A stretch of DNA of 30,074 bases from Campylobacterales bacterium (GTDB taxonomy: Bacteria > Campylobacterota > Campylobacteria > Campylobacterales > JALSKU01), in contig JALVWI010000191.1 of NCBI GenBank assembly GCA_027038335.1, positions 6,270 through 36,343 of the forward strand, written 5' to 3'. The translations under genes and the position numbers were made by a program. The notes below the pieces were generated by a model that saw nothing but the letters and a program-made list of their open reading frames with translations, had not been told where the DNA came from and did no database searches. Positions 17,695-30,074 of this stretch are shown here, piece by piece. The stretch's first letter is position 1. Every line of letters starts with the position of its first letter.

Positions 17695-17741
17695 AGCAGT
17701 ATAAACCACAAATTAAGAATAAATAAAAAAAGGATGTAAAA

Positions 17742-18116
17742 ATGGCAATAACTAAAGAAGATGTATTAGAGTATATCTCAAATCTTAGTGTATTAGAGCT
17801 TTCTGAACTTGTAAAAGAGTTTGAGGAAAAATTTGGTGTTTCTGCTCAACCTACAGTAGTTGCAGGTGGAGTTGCAGGTGGTGAAGCAGCTGCAGCAGAA
17901 GAGAAAACAGAGTTTGATGTAGTGTTGACTGCAGCCGGCGATAAGAAAATCAATGCTATTAAAGCTGTAAGAGCTATCACCGGTCTTGGTCTAAAAGAAG
18001 CAAAAGCTGCTGTTGAAGAAGTTCCTACAACTTTAAAAGAGGGAATTTCTAAAGATGAAGCAGAAGAGATTAAAAAACAACTTGAAGAAGCAGGCGCATC
18101 TGCTGAAATCAAGTAA
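17742..18116 (+). CDS. rplL: 50S ribosomal protein L7/L12
   Basis: [37 protein letters not shown]. Confidence 0.99.
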   Translation: MAITKEDVLEYISNLSVLELSELVKEFEEKFGVSAQPTVVAGGVAGGEAAAAEEKTEFDVVLTAAGDKKINAIKAVRAITGLGLKEAKAAVEEVPTTLKEGISKDEAEEIKKQLEEAGASAEIK

Positions 18117-18121
18117 GTAAA

Positions 18122-18148
18122 TCAATACGGGAGTATATCCCGTATTGA
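18122..18148 (+). terminator. Hairpin after rplL (terminator/attenuator candidate)
   Basis: TCAATACGGGA-GTATA-TCCCGTATTGA, an 11-bp perfect stem with a weak U-tract. Confidence 0.6.
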
Positions 18149-18187
18149 ATTTAGTATAAACCGTAATAATGGTGTTAATGGTTTTGA

Positions 18188-26906
<8,719 letters not shown>

Positions 26907-26916
26907 GATATAGGTG

Positions 26917-26980
26917 ATAGACGGTATTCTTTGTTATATCTTAATTTAAGCTATAAAAAGATAAAATACCGTCTATTTTT
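26917..26980 (+). terminator. Long hairpin with T-tract after rpoC
   Basis: ATAGACGGTATT/AATACCGTCTAT 12-bp perfect outer stem, further inner pairing, then TTTT. Confidence 0.6.
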
Positions 26981-27026
26981 GGATAATTGTATCCATTAAA
27001 ATAAAATTTATAGTAAAGGAAAAGAT

Positions 27027-27398
27027 GTGCCTACCATCAATCAATTGGTAAGAAGAGAAAGAAAAAGGGTGATCAAAAAGTCAAAATCACCTGCACTTGT
27101 TAAGTGTCCTCAAAGAAGAGGTGTTTGTACAAGAGTTTATACTACAACTCCAAAAAAACCTAACTCAGCTCTTAGAAAAGTAGCAAAAGTTAGACTTACT
27201 TCAGGATTTGAAGTGATAAGCTATATCGGAGGTGAAGGACACAATCTTCAAGAACACTCTATCGTACTAGTTAGAGGCGGAAGAGTAAAAGATTTACCCG
27301 GTGTTAAGTATCATATCGTAAGAGGTGCTTTGGATGCTGCGGGTGTTGCAAATAGAAAAGTTGCTAGAAGTAAATACGGTACTAAAAGACCAAAATAA
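27027..27398 (+). CDS. rpsL: 30S ribosomal protein S12 (GTG start)
   Basis: [31 protein letters not shown]. Confidence 0.99.
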   Translation: MPTINQLVRRERKRVIKKSKSPALVKCPQRRGVCTRVYTTTPKKPNSALRKVAKVRLTSGFEVISYIGGEGHNLQEHSIVLVRGGRVKDLPGVKYHIVRGALDAAGVANRKVARSKYGTKRPK

Positions 27399-27467
27399 TA
27401 ACTATAGCTAAACAGGTTTAGTCTTTATGGCTAATACTTGAGTAAATTTAATATTGAAGGAATATAA

Positions 27468-27935
<468 letters not shown>

Positions 27936-27947
27936 TAAAAGGAAAAT

Positions 27948-30029
27948 ATGATGGCAAGAAAAACACCCATTCAAAGAGTTAGAAATATAGGAATTGCTGC
28001 CCATATAGATGCAGGAAAAACAACAACAACCGAGAGAATTTTATTTTATACCGGAATCAGCCATAAAATAGGCGAAGTTCATGACGGTGCAGCAACAATG
28101 GACTGGATGGAACAGGAAAAAGAGAGAGGTATAACTATCACTTCTGCTGCAACTACTTGTTTTTGGAAAGATCATCAGATAAATATCATAGATACTCCCG
28201 GACACGTTGATTTTACCATAGAAGTTGAAAGAAGTATGAGAGTACTTGACGGTGCTGTTGCAGTTTTTTGTGCAGTCGGCGGTGTGCAGCCTCAAAGTGA
28301 AACTGTATGGAGACAAGCAAATAGATATGAAGTTCCAAGAATGGTTTTTGTCAATAAAATGGACAGAGTCGGAGCTGATTTTTATGAAGTTGAAAGACAG
28401 ATAAAAGATAGACTTAAAGCCAATCCTGTTCCTATTCAACTTCCAATAGGTGCTGAAGATAATTTCAAAGGCGTAGTTGACCTAGTTGAAATGAAAGCCT
28501 ATGTATGGGAAGATGAAGCTGCTATGGGATCAAAATATGAAGTAGTTGATATTCCCGAAGATCTTCAAGAAAAAGCTGAAGAATATAGAGAAAAACTTAT
28601 CGAAGCTATCTCAGAAACTGATGATGAACTTATGGAAAAATATCTTGCCGGTGAAGAGTTAACGGTAGAAGAGATAAAAAAAGGTATAAAAGCAGGTTGT
28701 TTAAGTCTTGATTTGGTTCCTATGACTTGTGGAACTGCATTTAAAAACAAAGGTGTTCAGCCACTTTTAGATGCAGTTGTGGATTATATGCCGGCTCCTA
28801 CTGAAGTTGCTCACATAAGAGGTGAGTATGAAGATGGAACAAAAACAGAAGTTAAATCAACAGATGACGAACCTTTTGCAGCACTAGCATTTAAGATCAT
28901 GACTGATCCTTTTGTAGGACAGTTAACTTTTATAAGAGTTTATAGAGGTGTGCTTGAGAGTGGAAGTTATGTTTATAATACTACAAAAGGCAAAAAAGAG
29001 AGAGTCGGAAGACTTTTGAAAATGCACTCTAACAAAAGAGAAGAGATAAAAGAGCTTTATGCCGGTGAGATTGGTGCGGTTGTAGGTCTTAAAGATACTC
29101 TTACAGGAGATACTCTTGCAGACGAAAAAGATAAGGTAATATTAGAAAAGATGGATTTTCCTGATCCGGTTATCTCTGTTGCTGTTGAGCCAAAAACTAA
29201 AGCTGATCAAGAAAAAATGGGTATAGCACTTCAAAAACTAGCTCAAGAAGATCCTAGTTTTAGAGTTCAAACTGATGAAGAGAGCGGTCAAACTATCATC
29301 AGCGGTATGGGTGAGCTTCACCTTGAAATACTTGTTGATAGGATGCTTAGAGAGTTTAAAGTTGATGCTGAAGTAGGTCAGCCTCAAGTTGCTTATAGAG
29401 AAACTATCAAAGCACCGGTTGACCAAGAGTATAAATATGCTAAGCAAAGTGGCGGTAGAGGTCAATATGGACATGTATTCTTGAAGTTAGAGCCGATGGA
29501 GCAAGGAAGCGGATATGAATTTGTTAATGCTATCAAAGGCGGTGTGGTTCCAAGAGAATATATTCCTGCAGTTGATAAAGGTGTTCAAGAAGCTATGCAA
29601 GGCGGCGTTTTGGCAGGATATCCTGTAGAAGATGTTAAAGTTACACTTTATGATGGTAGTTACCATGATGTTGACTCATCTGAAATGGCATTTAAGCTTG
29701 CAGCTTCTATGTGTTTTAAAGAGGGAGCAAGAAAAGCCAATCCTATCATCCTTGAACCTATTATGAAAGTTGAAGTTGAAGTTCCTGAAGAATTTATGGG
29801 TGATGTTATAGGAGATCTTAACAGAAGAAGAGGTCAAATAAACGCCATGGATGAAAGAGGCGGAAATAAAATCGTTGATGCTTTCGTTCCACTTTCAGAG
29901 ATGTTTGGATACTCAACTGATCTAAGAAGTTCAACCCAAGGAAGAGCGACATACTCTATGGAATTTGACCATTATGATGAAGTTCCAAAAAATGTAGCTG
30001 AAGAAATTATCAAAAAAAGAAACGGATAG
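27948..30029 (+). CDS. fusA: Elongation factor G (start may be the second ATG, 27951)
   Basis: [51 protein letters not shown]. Confidence 0.99.
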   Translation: MMARKTPIQRVRNIGIAAHIDAGKTTTTERILFYTGISHKIGEVHDGAATMDWMEQEKERGITITSAATTCFWKDHQINIIDTPGHVDFTIEVERSMRVLDGAVAVFCAVGGVQPQSETVWRQANRYEVPRMVFVNKMDRVGADFYEVERQIKDRLKANPVPIQLPIGAEDNFKGVVDLVEMKAYVWEDEAAMGSKYEVVDIPEDLQEKAEEYREKLIEAISETDDELMEKYLAGEELTVEEIKKGIKAGCLSLDLVPMTCGTAFKNKGVQPLLDAVVDYMPAPTEVAHIRGEYEDGTKTEVKSTDDEPFAALAFKIMTDPFVGQLTFIRVYRGVLESGSYVYNTTKGKKERVGRLLKMHSNKREEIKELYAGEIGAVVGLKDTLTGDTLADEKDKVILEKMDFPDPVISVAVEPKTKADQEKMGIALQKLAQEDPSFRVQTDEESGQTIISGMGELHLEILVDRMLREFKVDAEVGQPQVAYRETIKAPVDQEYKYAKQSGGRGQYGHVFLKLEPMEQGSGYEFVNAIKGGVVPREYIPAVDKGVQEAMQGGVLAGYPVEDVKVTLYDGSYHDVDSSEMAFKLAASMCFKEGARKANPIILEPIMKVEVEVPEEFMGDVIGDLNRRRGQINAMDERGGNKIVDAFVPLSEMFGYSTDLRSSTQGRATYSMEFDHYDEVPKNVAEEIIKKRNG

Positions 30030-30037
30030 GAAAGATT

Positions 30038-30066
30038 AAAGCGGAGAGCAAAGAGCTTTCCGCTTT
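30038..30066 (+). terminator. Intrinsic terminator ending the str operon after fusA
   Basis: AAAGCGGAGAGC-AAAGA-GCTTTCCGCTTT stem-loop. Confidence 0.75.
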
Positions 30067-30074
30067 CTGTATGT

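Noticed and set aside
27407-27422. Small stem CTAAA-CAGG-TTTAG in the rpsL-rpsG spacer as an S7 feedback site
   Set aside because: The position is plausible by analogy with E. coli, but a 5-7-bp AT-rich stem is too weak to call.

Overview
AT-rich chromosomal window from a Campylobacterota (epsilonproteobacterial) genome. It is not Helicobacter/Wolinella-like, because rpoB and rpoC are separate ORFs. The left half (1-12957, all minus strand) runs yaaA, cupin, nitroreductase, prs, lepA, lipoprotein (mapA position), comF/ctsW, [insertion], gyrA, flgP, flgQ, flgR, asd, yqhA. From lepA onward this matches the gene order I recall from Campylobacter jejuni. The right half (13068-30074, plus strand) is the core tRNA-Thr/Tyr/Gly/Thr, tuf, rpmG, tRNA-Trp, secE, nusG, rplK, rplA, rplJ, rplL, rpoB, rpoC, rpsL, rpsG, fusA cluster. 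The main accessory element is an ~870-bp unit between comF and gyrA. It encodes an HUH/Y1 (RAYT/IS200-like) nuclease with a C-terminal HTH and is bounded by perfect 27-bp inverted repeats, which canonical Y1 elements are not known to have; one repeat also encodes the protein's last six residues and stop codon. A family of heptamer-based short repeats sits at three gene junctions of the same operon (two copies share 37/40 bp). The lepA-lipoprotein spacer also holds a long hairpin whose G-U wobble pairs work only on the transcribed strand. All coordinates and alignments were worked out by hand; no database search was run.
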